A stretch of DNA of 64,000 nucleotides from an uncultured virus (IMG/VR IMGVR_UViG_3300029928_000131) (taxonomy: Duplodnaviria; Heunggongvirae; Uroviricota; Caudoviricetes): the IMG/VR virus record IMGVR_UViG_3300029928_000131. The stretch is one strand, 5' to 3'. The position numbers and the translations under genes were made by a program. Every line of letters starts with the position of its first letter. Position 1 is the first letter of the stretch. Below the pieces are notes generated by a model. That model searched no databases, was not told the origin of the DNA, and was given only the letters and a program-made list of their open reading frames with translations. Shown in pieces: positions 18,194 through 29,404 of the stretch.

Positions 18194-18565
18194 TCACCTC
18201 TGCGTAAAGCTGAGCGTCTTGCCGCTCCAATACCGGCCCGTCTGGTCGCGCAGCAGATACGCGAGCTCCAGCCCGTCCACGGTCATGTCCTGCGTCACCG
18301 GCGTGCTGCCGAGCGCGGGGTTTTCGTAGGTCACGCTCAGCGTCGCGCCGCGCAGATCTGCGGCCAGTGCCGCCACCTCTGCGTCGGTGATGTCGTTGAG
18401 CTGCGCGCTGCACCAGCTCTGCCAGCGGATCACCGTGCTGTGCCGCTTTTTGTCCATCGTCACGACCTCGTCGCTGTACACCGGCGTGATGCCCGCGGAA
18501 AATCCGTACTGGTTGAAAAGCGCCGTGCGGTCGTTGCCGTTGATCTGAAAAGTAAAATTCTTCAT
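18194..18565 (-). CDS. Distal tail protein
   Basis: Immediately after tape measure. Confidence 0.65.
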   Translation of the reverse strand: MKNFTFQINGNDRTALFNQYGFSAGITPVYSDEVVTMDKKRHSTVIRWQSWCSAQLNDITDAEVAALAADLRGATLSVTYENPALGSTPVTQDMTVDGLELAYLLRDQTGRYWSGKTLSFTQR

Positions 18566-20109
18566 TGCCTTGCCCTCTGGTCTTGCTGCTGGTACCGCGT
18601 CACCGCCTTGCTCACGGCCTTGCCGTCCAGCGTGGTCGTCAGGTTGATGACGATGTCAGCCGGCTTGCTGCTGCCGCGGTCGCTGCGGTAATCGTCTGCC
18701 TCGCGCCGCGTCAGCACGCGCTCGCCCTCGTGCAGGATGGCCGGATATCCGTCATACGGCACGTAATCAAGGCCGTTGGCGTACTGACGCACGGTTGACG
18801 TCGTCTTGCTCGTGGTCTTCTGCCCCTTGGTGATGGTCGTCTGCTGCTTTTCCTGCACGCCGGCGAGCTTCTTAAAGGCGTCGATCGCGCTGTTGACAAA
18901 ACCGATCAGCTTGGTCACGGCGTCAGCCGCGATGTTCACCGCGCCTGCAAACACGCTTTTCAGCTTGGACGCCACCGGCGCGAGCGCTTCGCCCAAGCGG
19001 CCCATCGCCTCGTCCAGCTCGCCCTGCGCCTCGTTGTACTCGATCAGGTCTTCGTTGGCGTCTCGCCAAGCCTTACCGGCCTGCGGCAGGTTCTGCTTGG
19101 AAAGCTGATTGAGCACGATCTGCGCTCGCTCGGACGAAGTATTCGCCTTTTCGAGCTTCGCATTGAAATCGTCCTCGCTCTCGCCCGCCCAGTTGAGTAC
19201 GTCGGCAAAGGTACCCGTCACCGCGCCGGTCTGGATGGTCTCATTGATGGCCTCAGACAGGCCGTCGATCGGGATGCTGTCTCCGTAGGTGGCCCACGCG
19301 CCGGTCGTCGCGTCGATCAGCGTCATCAGGTCGCTCTGCTCCAGCCCGATGGCCTGCAAGTTGGCCACGGTCGTCGCCGCCGTCTGCGAGTCACCCAGCA
19401 CACCGTTGAGGCGGTCATAAGCCTCGCTGGTCTGGTATGCTGTATAACCGGCCTCTTTCGAGCTGGTTTCCAGCGTGCCCATGATCTTGCGGTATTCTGC
19501 CGTATCCTCGACCACGCCAATAATGGAGTCGCTCACAGCTTTCAGCCCGCCGACGATCGCGCCGCCGACCAACGCGCCCTTTAGGTTGGTGAGCATCGTC
19601 AGCAGGTCGCCGCCCTTGCCGCCCATGCTGGAAAAACCGTTCTTCAGCACGTCCGTAAACTTCTCGATGCCGCTCTGCGCGTCGCCGGTCTCCTTGCCAA
19701 ACTCGTCGATGGACTTTGCGCACTTGTCGGCGCTCTTGCGCGCCTCGTCGAGATACTTCTCGTTGTCATCCAGCGCCTCGTTCATGTCGATGAGTTCTTT
19801 TTTTGCCCGGTTGAGCTGCTGGCGGTAGTTGTCCGTGCGCTTGTCATTCTCGCCGTAGGCCTCTGCGGCGTCCTCCACGGCCTGTTCCAGGGCCTTGACC
19901 TTTTCGGTTTGCTGCTCCTGCGCGCGGCGCAGCAGCTCATTTTTCTTAGTCAGGGCATCCATCGTGTTCGCCTGGCCCTTGAATTCCGCGTCGGCAAGGC
20001 TCATCTCGCTCCGCAGCGTCTTCAGCTCGCTGTTTGCGCTCGACATCGAACGCTTGAATTCGGTTTCGCCCTCGATCGCCAGCCGCGTTGTGATCGTCCT
20101 CGTCGCCAT
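18562..20109 (-). CDS. Tape measure protein
   Basis: Helical 515 aa; C-terminal GLDYVPYDGYPAILHEGERVLT. Confidence 0.85.
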   Translation of the reverse strand: MATRTITTRLAIEGETEFKRSMSSANSELKTLRSEMSLADAEFKGQANTMDALTKKNELLRRAQEQQTEKVKALEQAVEDAAEAYGENDKRTDNYRQQLNRAKKELIDMNEALDDNEKYLDEARKSADKCAKSIDEFGKETGDAQSGIEKFTDVLKNGFSSMGGKGGDLLTMLTNLKGALVGGAIVGGLKAVSDSIIGVVEDTAEYRKIMGTLETSSKEAGYTAYQTSEAYDRLNGVLGDSQTAATTVANLQAIGLEQSDLMTLIDATTGAWATYGDSIPIDGLSEAINETIQTGAVTGTFADVLNWAGESEDDFNAKLEKANTSSERAQIVLNQLSKQNLPQAGKAWRDANEDLIEYNEAQGELDEAMGRLGEALAPVASKLKSVFAGAVNIAADAVTKLIGFVNSAIDAFKKLAGVQEKQQTTITKGQKTTSKTTSTVRQYANGLDYVPYDGYPAILHEGERVLTRREADDYRSDRGSSKPADIVINLTTTLDGKAVSKAVTRYQQQDQRARQ

Positions 20110-20255
20110 TTACGTCTCATCCTCCTCTCTGCGCAGCCCGCGCCGCCTGATCTCAAGCTCCTGCAAGTCGAGCACCTGCCCGACCGTCAGCAGCATCCCC
20201 TCGCGGACGCTCAGCCGGAGAAATTGCGTCGTCAGATCCAGCCACCATACGCGCG

Positions 20256-20648
20256 TCACGTTATTTCTTTCGTTTTTTTTTGCAATTCTTCCAAGAAGAG
20301 GTCGCGCTCGCGCTTTTCTTCCTCCTCGCGGGCAAATCCCAGCGCAATGGCCTCGCGGATCGCCTTTTTCGCGTCCGAGACCTCCAGCGGCCTGAGATTC
20401 GCGCGAAAATACTGCTCCGGCGCGATCGGCCCGCGGTCAAGCCCCTGCCACCGCCGCACCAGCTCGCCCTGCTCGGCGAGCTTCGCGAGCAGCCAGCACG
20501 TATTTTCAAAGCTCTGCTTGTTCTGGCCCTCGATGTGCTTCGTGAGAAAACCCTCGTAGCCAAATTTATCGTAGGCGTCAAAAAGCGCCTGTCCGTTCAG
20601 GCACAGATAAAACGTGTGCCCGTTCAATTCATAGGGGATCGTCTTCAT
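20256..20648 (-). CDS. Tail assembly chaperone, with -1 frameshift extension to 20110
   Basis: A9 slippery run at 20273-20281; open -1 frame to TAA abutting tape measure start. Confidence 0.75.
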   Translation of the reverse strand: MKTIPYELNGHTFYLCLNGQALFDAYDKFGYEGFLTKHIEGQNKQSFENTCWLLAKLAEQGELVRRWQGLDRGPIAPEQYFRANLRPLEVSDAKKAIREAIALGFAREEEEKRERDLFLEELQKKTKEIT

Positions 20649-20700
20649 ATCTTCCTCCAAACGAAGAAGAGACGCAGCGGGTGCCGCGTCTCTTCGCTCC

Positions 20701-21288
20701 TCAGCCGCCCGCTGCGGCCTTGATTTTTTCGTTGACCCACGCCGCGGCCTTTGCCTCGGTGTCAAATTCCTCGCTCTTGATCTTGTATTTGCCAAACATG
20801 GCCTCGAAGACCTCGAAGGTAAGGCTCGCATTGGTGAGCGTGATGCTCTCGCCCTTGGTGTTGTACGCCTCGCCCTCCATGTTGGCCTTGACCTTGGGGT
20901 AGTAAACGCCCTGGTAGTACTTCGAGCCGTCGTCCTTCATGTGGTTGGTGTAAAACGCCAAACCGCCATAAGGGGCCAGATCGTTGCTGCCAAACTTGAG
21001 GTCTTTGTCGCCGTCCGACGTGCCCAGATCTGCGCCGGTTAATGCCGCCGCGTTGGCGTTGGAGAGATAGAGCGTCTGCACGGCGAGCGATCCGTCGCGG
21101 AATTCCACGACTTCGACCTTTTTGACGTTGTCGCCGTAAGCGCTCACGCGGTTGAAGTTGATTGTCTCCGTCACCGCGTTCAGCGCGCCGAGGTTGACCG
21201 GCGTGCCGTACTTGGGCGCTGCACTTGCCGTCTCGGGATCCGTCGCGGCAAACGGCGCCCACTGGATCATTTTTGCTCCGTACTGCAT
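20701..21288 (-). CDS. Major tail protein
   Basis: AYGDN, APYGGLAF, YPKVK motifs of phi13-like tail tube. Confidence 0.85.
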   Translation of the reverse strand: MQYGAKMIQWAPFAATDPETASAAPKYGTPVNLGALNAVTETINFNRVSAYGDNVKKVEVVEFRDGSLAVQTLYLSNANAAALTGADLGTSDGDKDLKFGSNDLAPYGGLAFYTNHMKDDGSKYYQGVYYPKVKANMEGEAYNTKGESITLTNASLTFEVFEAMFGKYKIKSEEFDTEAKAAAWVNEKIKAAAGG

Positions 21289-21300
21289 GGTAGTCCTTTC

Positions 21301-21732
21301 CTACAACCTTTTTTCCGTGAGAAAACGGTTGTATACTTCATATTCCGCCGCCACCGCGGCGTCCGCGCACGATTCGTTCGCGGTCCGGATAAAATTGCGC
21401 GCGGGGATCTTCCGCGTGCCGTACTCGTTGATAAATGCGATCTCGGCGTTGCGCACGGCCTTTGCCTTGCCGCGCTTGCGGCTGCCGGTCGGCGTCACAT
21501 ATAGGACGCGCTGGCCGTCCCGCAGCTTTGGCTTGCCTTTTTTGATCGACCGTGCGGTCTCGCCGGTGTCATAGGGGCCTTTGAGCATCCGCTCCGCAGC
21601 CTGCCGCTGCGCCGCCACAACGACGTCGGCGCGTGCATCCAGCATCGCGTCGACCACCTCGTCTGGCAGCTTGGCGACCTCGGCAAATGAAAGCTCCAGC
21701 TGCTCAATGCCGGAAAACTCGACCTTAGCCAT
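21301..21732 (-). CDS. HK97 gp10 family protein
   Basis: DTGETARSI, AFINEYGT..PARNFIR. Confidence 0.85.
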   Translation of the reverse strand: MAKVEFSGIEQLELSFAEVAKLPDEVVDAMLDARADVVVAAQRQAAERMLKGPYDTGETARSIKKGKPKLRDGQRVLYVTPTGSRKRGKAKAVRNAEIAFINEYGTRKIPARNFIRTANESCADAAVAAEYEVYNRFLTEKRL

Positions 21733-22072
21733 CGTCCTCTGCCTCCCAGCGCCCCACGGCGTCAAACTCCAGCACGTAGTGCTGTCCCGTCTCGTCCGTG
21801 GCGTTTTCGATGCCCGGCAGGGTGAATTCGTCCACCGCCGCGATTGCGTCGCGCAGCGCGTGCCGCGTTTTGATCGTCGACTCCCTGAGCGGCGCGAAGT
21901 AATGCACCTGCACCGCCGCCCGCATCAGATGCGCGGCGTTGTCGCCGATCCCCTCCGGAAATTCCGAGTAGTTGAACGTGCAGTAGCTCACGCTCTCGCC
22001 GGTGTAGAGATTCGCTACGACCGGCTTGACCACCGGCGACACGGTCTTGATGATGAGATCATCCAGCGTCAT
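21725..22072 (-). CDS. Tail completion/terminator protein
   Basis: Position; VQVHYF. Confidence 0.65.
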   Translation of the reverse strand: MTLDDLIIKTVSPVVKPVVANLYTGESVSYCTFNYSEFPEGIGDNAAHLMRAAVQVHYFAPLRESTIKTRHALRDAIAAVDEFTLPGIENATDETGQHYVLEFDAVGRWEAEDDG

Positions 22073-22428
22073 CAGCGTTCCCTCCATGCGGTGTCGGAAT
22101 CGGACACCGGCCCTTTCATCTGCCCGACCGTCAGCTCGCACGTGCCGTCGTTTGCCTTGTAGACGCGCAGGATGTGATAGCGCCGCTCAAGATATTCCAC
22201 CAGCTTCTCGTCGTGGTAGTCATCCGCAAAGCTCGGCAGGATGATCTTCAGCTCCGGTGCAAGGCCGATCGCCTGCGCGTTATAGGTCTCCTGCGAGCCC
22301 ACGCTGCGGATCTCGGCATAGCTCTCGCTCGTCTGCTCCGTGGTCTGCACGCGGCCGATCTCGTCGTATCCGGTCTCGACCTCGCGGATCAGCGTCACGA
22401 CGTCCGAAAACGTATAGGCCTCAGCCAT
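22072..22428 (-). CDS. Head closure protein
   Basis: SVGSQETYNA..GLAPE; position. Confidence 0.75.
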   Translation of the reverse strand: MAEAYTFSDVVTLIREVETGYDEIGRVQTTEQTSESYAEIRSVGSQETYNAQAIGLAPELKIILPSFADDYHDEKLVEYLERRYHILRVYKANDGTCELTVGQMKGPVSDSDTAWRER

Positions 22429-22714
22429 CGCTTTCCCCGCCTTTCTCCTGAATCAGGCGGTCGTGGAGATCCATGCGCAGATAGGCCGGCAGTGCCGGCC
22501 CCGCGCTCTGGTTGCGCCTGCGGTAGATCCACGCCGCCATGCTCACCTGGAGCTGCGTGTCGTCCAGATCGTCCCGCAGCGTGATCCCGTACCGCGCAAT
22601 GCGGGAGGCCGCGACGGTGAGCAGCTGCCTGAGCTGCGCCTCGCGCTTTTCGTCGGCGTGGCGCATGTCAAGCTCGGCCTCAAGCATTTTGAGCTTATCC
22701 TCGTCTGTCATCAT
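22421..22714 (-). CDS. Head-tail connector protein
   Basis: Follows capsid; AAWIYRRR. Confidence 0.75.
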   Translation of the reverse strand: MMTDEDKLKMLEAELDMRHADEKREAQLRQLLTVAASRIARYGITLRDDLDDTQLQVSMAAWIYRRRNQSAGPALPAYLRMDLHDRLIQEKGGESDG

Positions 22715-22735
22715 CGTTCGCGGCCTCCTCTCTCA

Positions 22736-24418
22736 TCAGGTCGTGGCGACCAGTGCCGCACCGATGCCGATCACGCGGCCGCTGGCGTCCACGTCACACA
22801 CGGTGACATAGTTGCCGCTCGCCGCGGCAACGCCCTTGTCCGCAGGCACATCCTGCCAGCTCTCGCCCAGGGCCGCGCCCTTGGCCACACTGACGGGCAC
22901 GCCGGCGACCATGTACTTGAGCTTGCTGCCGGTGTTGCCGGTCACGGTCAGCGTGCTCTTGCCGCTCGCAGGCTTCGCCGCGGTTACGACCAGCGCGGCC
23001 GGATTGCCGCTGTAGTCGGTCGCAAAGCTCAGCGACGTGGTCGGCGTCGCGTTGTTGTAGTTGACGATCACAAAGCCCTCGCCAAAGACCGGCTTGCCGT
23101 CGAATCTCTGGAGGCCCTTGAAGATCGTGCAGTTCTGAATAAACAGCGGGATGTCGCTCGATTCGATCTTTGCGCCGCTGCGCTCGACCCAGCGCTCAAG
23201 ATCCATGTAGCCGCCCGCGATGTCGTAGTCGGTCATAAAATCGCACTCGACGATCGTGCCGCCGACGATGGGCATCGTGTCCTCCATGCCGGGCAGCAGC
23301 ATCGCCGCGCTGTTCCACGCCATCGCACGGGCCTTGAGGTCCATGTGCGTCGCGCGGTTCATGATCCACACGAGGTTGCCGTTGGAATAGTTGGGCTTCG
23401 CCTTGCTCAGCGCCGCGACCAGCGGGCGGAAGAAGGCAACGCCCTCCGCGCTGAAGAGGTCGAGCTTCAGCACATTGCTCGTGTGCAGGTCGGTGAATGC
23501 CGCCTGCTTGGAGCCCCACCAGGACGGCTTGCTCTCCGCGGCAAGGCGAGCGACAAAACCAACCGGCTTGTTGTCGCCGTCGCCGTAAACCGCCGCTTTA
23601 TCCACAGCAAGGCCGATCGCCTGGCCGAGATAGTCGATCACGGTGGCAAGCAGCTCAAGGTTATCGTCGTCCTCAAGCGTGGGGTTGGGCACGACCACAA
23701 AGCCGCCGACCATATAGCCGTCCAGCTCGATCTGCGAGAAATCGATATCCAGCTCGTTGAGTCTGCCCAGTGCCTCCGTCCAGACCGCCTCGGGGATCTT
23801 GCCCGCGATGTTCTGGCGGGCCGTGCCCTTGAGCGGCGTGACGTGCATGTACTGGTACAGCTTGCTGTAGCGTTCCGTCGTGTCGCGCAGGATCGGCAGC
23901 AGCGTGTCGGGGATGCCGAGATCAGCGCCCTTGACGTCGCGCTTCTCGCTCTTCATTTCGCGCACACGCATCAGGAACGCCTTGACGTCGTCGCGCTCCA
24001 TTTGCGCGCTCAGGTCGCGGACAGCAATGCCGCGGATCTTCTCACGGGTTTCAGTAGGCATTTTCATTGCTCCTCTCTTCTTCATGCCGCCCTTGCGGCC
24101 GCGGGCCTCATCGCCCTGGTCATCAGCGCCGTCCACAGCGTCCTGCACGGCGTCTTCCAGCTCGTCGATCTGGTCGGTCAGATCCTGCGCAGCCTCTTCC
24201 GCGGCGTCCAGCGCATCCTCGACGTTCTTCTTTTCCTCTTCAAAGGCCGCAACGGCTTCCTCGACCGCTGCTTTCTCCTCGTCGGTGGCAGCAGCCTCAA
24301 TGTCGTCCGCGAGCTCGTCCTCACGCTTTTTGAATCCGGCCTGCTGCTTGCGCAGATCCTTGATCTCCGCGTTCTTCTCGTTCAGCTTCTTGCGCAGGAG
24401 CAAAACTTTCAGTGCCAT
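22736..24418 (-). CDS. Major capsid protein (HK97 fold, N-terminal scaffold, C-terminal extension)
   Basis: AVWTE, YGDGDNKPVG, RFDGKP. Confidence 0.9.
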   Translation of the reverse strand: MALKVLLLRKKLNEKNAEIKDLRKQQAGFKKREDELADDIEAAATDEEKAAVEEAVAAFEEEKKNVEDALDAAEEAAQDLTDQIDELEDAVQDAVDGADDQGDEARGRKGGMKKRGAMKMPTETREKIRGIAVRDLSAQMERDDVKAFLMRVREMKSEKRDVKGADLGIPDTLLPILRDTTERYSKLYQYMHVTPLKGTARQNIAGKIPEAVWTEALGRLNELDIDFSQIELDGYMVGGFVVVPNPTLEDDDNLELLATVIDYLGQAIGLAVDKAAVYGDGDNKPVGFVARLAAESKPSWWGSKQAAFTDLHTSNVLKLDLFSAEGVAFFRPLVAALSKAKPNYSNGNLVWIMNRATHMDLKARAMAWNSAAMLLPGMEDTMPIVGGTIVECDFMTDYDIAGGYMDLERWVERSGAKIESSDIPLFIQNCTIFKGLQRFDGKPVFGEGFVIVNYNNATPTTSLSFATDYSGNPAALVVTAAKPASGKSTLTVTGNTGSKLKYMVAGVPVSVAKGAALGESWQDVPADKGVAAASGNYVTVCDVDASGRVIGIGAALVATT

Positions 24419-24420
24419 AG

Positions 24421-25005
24421 TTAGTGTGCCTCCAGTCTTTTCTTCATGTTTTCGCGCCAGACCTGCGTCTCGCGCTGCCTGATGGTCTCGAGCTGCTGCT
24501 TGCGGGCGCTCACGCTCGTCGCCTCGTAGGCGGGGAACGTGCAGACGCTCACCTCGTACAGCGGATTGACTTTCTCGATCTCCCAGCGACACCGGCCGTC
24601 GCCGAGATCTACAAAGGTCTCTCTCTCGATATCAAAACCAAACGAGCACTGGCTGACGTCACCCCGCTGGACGCGGGCATAGAGGTTCATGGCGTCAGTG
24701 TCGTCTCGGTTGACTTCAATCTGTCCCCAAAGGCCGGTCGCGTCCTGCTTCAGGACGAGCGTGCCGGCCGTCGTGCGCCCCATGACGAGCGTCGTGTCGT
24801 GATTGACCAGCGCGCGCACGTCCTGCGTGAGGCACCCCTCAAACGCGCCCGGCTTGACGACCTCCTCCGCGCCGTCCCACAGGGGATAGGGGGAGTCGAA
24901 CACGGCAAAATAGCCCTCGATATAGAGCTTGCCATCCGCGTCGCGGGTCTTAAAGTTCTGCGGCAGCGAGCGCACCTGTCGCTGCTTGCGGTCATTCGTT
25001 TCCAT
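24421..25005 (-). CDS. HK97 prohead protease
   Basis: IEGYFAVF, LVNHD, CSFGF, EVSVCTFPAY. Confidence 0.95.
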   Translation of the reverse strand: METNDRKQRQVRSLPQNFKTRDADGKLYIEGYFAVFDSPYPLWDGAEEVVKPGAFEGCLTQDVRALVNHDTTLVMGRTTAGTLVLKQDATGLWGQIEVNRDDTDAMNLYARVQRGDVSQCSFGFDIERETFVDLGDGRCRWEIEKVNPLYEVSVCTFPAYEATSVSARKQQLETIRQRETQVWRENMKKRLEAH

Positions 25006-26188
25006 CGTCGCTGTCTCCTTTCAGCTTTTTCTGGTTGCCGATCATCTCGGCCGGAATGTAATTTTCCAGCATGACCAGCTCTTCCAGTCCGTCGATCGGG
25101 CCGAGGTCGAGCCAGTCACGCACCTCGTTGCCGCTCATGAGCCCGCGCACATACTGCGCATCGCCCACGTCGGCAAGCTCCGTCAGTGTGTAGGCGTAGA
25201 GCTTGCGCGTTGAAAACTTAAAATACATCTCCGGCGAGAGCAGCAGCTTTTTGGTCAGCTCCTGCGCGATCGTCGTCGCCACCGGTACCACCATGCGCCG
25301 GATGTAGTTGTTATACTCCGGCTGATTGTATGCGCCCGCGCCGATGATAAAGGGCGGCACGCCCAGCGCCGCGGCAACGGTCTTGCGATCCAGCTCGACC
25401 GTCTCGTTGATGGCGAGATCGGCCAGCGTCAGCGGCTTGACCTGCTGCACGTCGATCAGATCTGCGGGGATGATCCACGGCGCGCCCGACTCGTCATCGG
25501 ACAGATACTGCTCTGCGAGCCGCTTGCGGCCCTCTTTGCTGCTGAATTCATCGGCCAGCGCGTCGACTTTGACAACAACGCTCGGCTTCCATTTGTCCGC
25601 CATAAAGCGGTTGGTCGTCGCTGCGGCCTGCTTGAGGTTCTGCAGCACGTCCCGCAGCTGGATCGTCACGCCGCGGCCGCGCCACGGCTGCGCGGGGTCA
25701 ACGTTGAACGGGAAGTGCAGCACCTCGCCTGGCTCGAACACATTGCCTTTCCACAGCACTTGATAGCTGTTGTCCGCCGTCGCGTTCGCGCTGGCCCCCG
25801 GCATGGGGACAAGGTCAGCGAGCTTTCCGCCCTGCGTCACCGGCAGCACAAAGGCGTTGCCCGTCGAGAGCATCTGCGTCACGATCCACTCGACAAACGT
25901 CTTGCGTGTCGACAGGGAGTAGGGCGTCACGTCGATAAACCGGCTCAGCTCGTTTTTTTCGCGCACGTCGCCGGCCTTGCCGTTGCGCATCAGCTGGATG
26001 GTCGATGCGCCGATGATTGACGCCGTCGCTGCGATCCCCGTCGCCGCGTCCGGCGATTGCAGCAGCGATGAGTACCCGCTCACGCTCAGGCTGTCAAAGC
26101 TATCGCCCAAAAACAGGCCCAGCGCCGAGTTATCGCCGCGGATGCGGGGCGGCGCTTTCCGCACCCGGCTTTTAATATGCTTTGTCAT
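24992..26188 (-). CDS. Portal protein (HK97 family)
   Basis: [21 protein letters not shown]. Confidence 0.9.
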   Translation of the reverse strand: MTKHIKSRVRKAPPRIRGDNSALGLFLGDSFDSLSVSGYSSLLQSPDAATGIAATASIIGASTIQLMRNGKAGDVREKNELSRFIDVTPYSLSTRKTFVEWIVTQMLSTGNAFVLPVTQGGKLADLVPMPGASANATADNSYQVLWKGNVFEPGEVLHFPFNVDPAQPWRGRGVTIQLRDVLQNLKQAAATTNRFMADKWKPSVVVKVDALADEFSSKEGRKRLAEQYLSDDESGAPWIIPADLIDVQQVKPLTLADLAINETVELDRKTVAAALGVPPFIIGAGAYNQPEYNNYIRRMVVPVATTIAQELTKKLLLSPEMYFKFSTRKLYAYTLTELADVGDAQYVRGLMSGNEVRDWLDLGPIDGLEELVMLENYIPAEMIGNQKKLKGDSDDGNE

Positions 26189-28320
26189 GCTTCTTTGCCT
26201 TTCTCATCGTCATCATACCAGCCCTTTCCCTTGCTGCTGGCTTCTAGATCTTCGAGGTATGTGCACGCCGCGAACACCGCACAGTCAAACACGTCGATGC
26301 GCAGGTGCTCTGCCATCTTCTCGTACTGGATCATGTCGTCCGCCTTTTCGATCGCGTGCACGTTCTGCACGCAGTATTCAAAGGGTTCGGCGTGGCAGTA
26401 GTACAGCGTGCCGCGCTTCGCGCTCGCCTCAAGGTACCGAAAGCCCTCGCTCTTGCGGGTGAATAGCTGCGGCTGATCCTTGATCGGGAAGTGCTTGTTT
26501 TTCATCTCGATGAAGTACTCGCGGCAGAATTTGCGGTCATGCCCGATGCGCCGCAGCTTAAAGCCCTCCGTGCGCCGCGCGATGTACCACCGCACAACGT
26601 CGGAATAGTTGAGCACCTTGTCATTGCACATGTCGAGCCAGCCGTCGTCCTTCCAGCCGAAAAGCGGAATCTCGTCTTCCTGCGCTTTCTGCGTCGCGGC
26701 TACGACCGGGAACCAGCAGTGCGGAATGATGATATCCACGCCCTTGTAGTTGCCGAACAGACACGTCGCCGTCAGGTCGTGCAGCTTAGAGAGGTCGCTG
26801 CCGCCGTACCAGCGGATCGGCAGCCGGCGCAGCTCGTCGAGCGTCCAGTTATACTTGCTGTCGCTTGCGCGGAATTCGTCGATGTTGAAATATGCCTTAA
26901 GATCCGCCGTGAAGACGTTCAGCGACTTTTGCAAAAATTCCGGTCGCATCTGCGGGTCATCCTTGGCCTGCATCGCGTCGTTGATCATGTCCTGCGGTCG
27001 GATGGACTGCCCCCAACCGGGATTGCAGCCTTGCAGCACATCCGGATTGGTGTAATCCACGTCACCGCTGTCCGTGCGCGGCGCGCAGGCGAGGAAAATA
27101 AACAGGCTGTCGGCCGCGTCGCCGGTGATCGTCCCCTTGAGGATCTTCCGGCAGTATTCTACTCGACGGGCGAGGAAGCCGTGTGCCAGCTTACCGCCTG
27201 ACGAGATACCGATGACCAGCTTGTTTGAGTACGCCTTGGTCGCGTCTTTCAGTACCTGATACTGCTGCGGGCTCTTGTAGGTGTGCTCCTCGTCCGCGAT
27301 GACGATGTTGCAGTTAAAAGAGTCCTGCTTGTCCGGGCTGGCCGCCAGCGCGTTGATGCTGATAAATCCGCCCTCACCGATGTCGCCGGTGATCGAGTGC
27401 TCGGAGTTGCTGTTGAGGATACGCAGCCCGTTCTCGGGATCGTCCGTGGTCGAAATGCGCAGCCTGCGGATGTTGTACGAGAGGAAATCAAAGCCCTCCA
27501 TCGCCTGTTTGAGCGCGCCGCCGACCTCATAGACCTTCGACCCGCTCGGCGCGTAGTAAAGTGCCAGGGCCCACGCCAGCGCCGCAGCAAAGGTAGTCTT
27601 GATATTCTTTCGCGGAATAAAATCCTGCGCCTCCGTGAAGCGTCTGAGCTGCGTGCCGGCACGGTAAAAGCCCATGATGTTAAACACAATAAACTTGTGA
27701 TACGGCAGCAGCAGGAACGGTGTGCCGCGCAGCGGCCGGCCGTCCATAAACTCGCCCTGCTGGTGGCACATCATTGTCTCGATGATGGCAAGCACCTCAC
27801 AGGCCGGCTCGCTGCGGAATTCCCATTTTTGGTTTTCCAGGTCGCGCACATACCGCTCGCAGGCAAGACGAATTTCTTCGCAGGCGACGATCTCGCCCGA
27901 AAGCACGTTCTCGACATACCCGTCCACGTCCGCCTGGTACCTGCCCGCGTTCTCGGCTGCATACTCCTTAGCCGCGTCGATCAGCTCTTCGAGCTTCGAC
28001 CGGCGCTCCACCTCGGGATTCGCGAGCTTCGCCTTCATGGCTTTCAGGCTCTTCGGCGTCAATCCGAGCTGCGCACGCTGCGCCAGGATGTCCTTGCGCA
28101 GCTGGTCGACCACCGCGTAGTTGGGGTCTTTGGCCGTGTACGTCGCACCTGTCTTGTTCACAAGTTCGGCGACCATTTTGCCGCCCGCGGCCTTCCATGC
28201 CTTTTCAGCGCGGGAGAGCTCGCGCTCCTGCTTCGCCAACTCGTGGATCGCCTTGTCGAATATCGGCGAGTACGTCCCGACCGCTTCCATATCCGCCTTG
28301 ATCATGGCCTCGCGGCCCAT
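26185..28320 (-). CDS. terL: Terminase: P27-like small subunit fused in frame to large subunit
   Basis: GGAGGTG RBS; N-terminal [34 protein letters not shown]. Confidence 0.85.
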   Translation of the reverse strand: MGREAMIKADMEAVGTYSPIFDKAIHELAKQERELSRAEKAWKAAGGKMVAELVNKTGATYTAKDPNYAVVDQLRKDILAQRAQLGLTPKSLKAMKAKLANPEVERRSKLEELIDAAKEYAAENAGRYQADVDGYVENVLSGEIVACEEIRLACERYVRDLENQKWEFRSEPACEVLAIIETMMCHQQGEFMDGRPLRGTPFLLLPYHKFIVFNIMGFYRAGTQLRRFTEAQDFIPRKNIKTTFAAALAWALALYYAPSGSKVYEVGGALKQAMEGFDFLSYNIRRLRISTTDDPENGLRILNSNSEHSITGDIGEGGFISINALAASPDKQDSFNCNIVIADEEHTYKSPQQYQVLKDATKAYSNKLVIGISSGGKLAHGFLARRVEYCRKILKGTITGDAADSLFIFLACAPRTDSGDVDYTNPDVLQGCNPGWGQSIRPQDMINDAMQAKDDPQMRPEFLQKSLNVFTADLKAYFNIDEFRASDSKYNWTLDELRRLPIRWYGGSDLSKLHDLTATCLFGNYKGVDIIIPHCWFPVVAATQKAQEDEIPLFGWKDDGWLDMCNDKVLNYSDVVRWYIARRTEGFKLRRIGHDRKFCREYFIEMKNKHFPIKDQPQLFTRKSEGFRYLEASAKRGTLYYCHAEPFEYCVQNVHAIEKADDMIQYEKMAEHLRIDVFDCAVFAACTYLEDLEASSKGKGWYDDDEKGKEA

Positions 28321-28723
28321 CGCCTCACCTCCGCATTCCTCCGGCGCATTCCCCGCCCCTCGCCTTGGCCGCGAGGAGCGAGGACTGAAAGGAGGATCAT
28401 CCATGTCCCGCCGCAAAGAGCGGGGAACGCGCCGGAAATTTTCTCGTGTCCGATTTGGACACCGCCCGACCAAGCGCGCCGGCGCTCCAGCGTCCGCCGA
28501 TCCGTCAATGATCAGCCGCGCCGGCCGCGGCCACCCGATCCGGAAGCCGTCAGTCAAGCCGGAAGCCACCGAGCGCAGGGAGCAATGCAACCTTCGCGCG
28601 GCTGCGCGCAGCCGCGTCGTTTGCGCACGCGCCGCACCCGATCGCGTTTTCTTGTTGCTTACCCCCTCGCACTTTTTCCCCGCCGTCGGAAATAGCGGCG
28701 CTCTCGGTTCCTGGGCCGTTCAA

Positions 28724-29020
28724 TCACTCACCCCAAGTTGAGGGCGGGGTCGTTTTTCTCCGCCAACTCTCGCCGAGCGGCGTAAGCTTGTGCGTCAGCC
28801 GGTCATGCATCGCGTCGTGCTTTTCCGCGGACAGGCTCAGCAAATTCCACGGTGCCCAAGCGTATTCCGGATAGTCCTCGGCAGGCCAGATGTGATGCAC
28901 TGTGGTTGCCTCAACGGTTTTGCCGTAGCGTGCCGACTCCCTGCACTTGCCCTTGTCTCTGCGCAGGATCTTCGCCCGCAGCTTCCGCCACCTGGCTGTC
29001 CTGTACCCATCCCACGACAT
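28724..29020 (-). CDS. HNH endonuclease (packaging associated)
   Basis: RWRKLR..RRD, VHHIWP, NLLSL..HDAMH. Confidence 0.9.
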   Translation of the reverse strand: MSWDGYRTARWRKLRAKILRRDKGKCRESARYGKTVEATTVHHIWPAEDYPEYAWAPWNLLSLSAEKHDAMHDRLTHKLTPLGESWRRKTTPPSTWGE

Positions 29021-29117
29021 ACGCCCCCCTTGCTGGCACGGCTCTTTTCTGCTCACGGGCTATCACCTCCGGGCAAAAACAAAAGCCACCGCCGACACTC
29101 CCCGAGATTCGGGTTTG

Positions 29118-29357
29118 TCAGCAGTGGCTACTAAGCGAGCACGCGCCATGTTCGATGTTCACGATGTTCGATGCCTTGCATCTCCGGCACCAGAGGACTA
29201 AGTTCCGCGCCTCCGTGTCTGGCCGAACGGCCTGCGATGTGAGCCGCCCGCAGTTCGGGCAGACAATCAATCCGTTCTTTGTGTCCAGTTTAGCAGTCTT
29301 TTCACTGTTTTGCAATGCCTTTTCCCCACTTTCTTGAGGTTGTCCGTAAATATTCAT
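29118..29357 (-). CDS. Zinc-ribbon (Cys-rich KTR/Com-like) protein
   Basis: CPNCG..LWCRRCK. Confidence 0.7.
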   Translation of the reverse strand: MNIYGQPQESGEKALQNSEKTAKLDTKNGLIVCPNCGRLTSQAVRPDTEARNLVLWCRRCKASNIVNIEHGACSLSSHC

Positions 29358-29404
29358 AAGGTTTCAAGAATAAGAAATCATTATCTAAAATAAAAGCACT
29401 GTTT

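Noticed and set aside
28321..28590. 5' extension of the terminase ORF to 801 aa
   Set aside because: Low-complexity Arg/Pro-rich translation; strong RBS at 28320; region more likely holds the cos/packaging site, which I could not pinpoint
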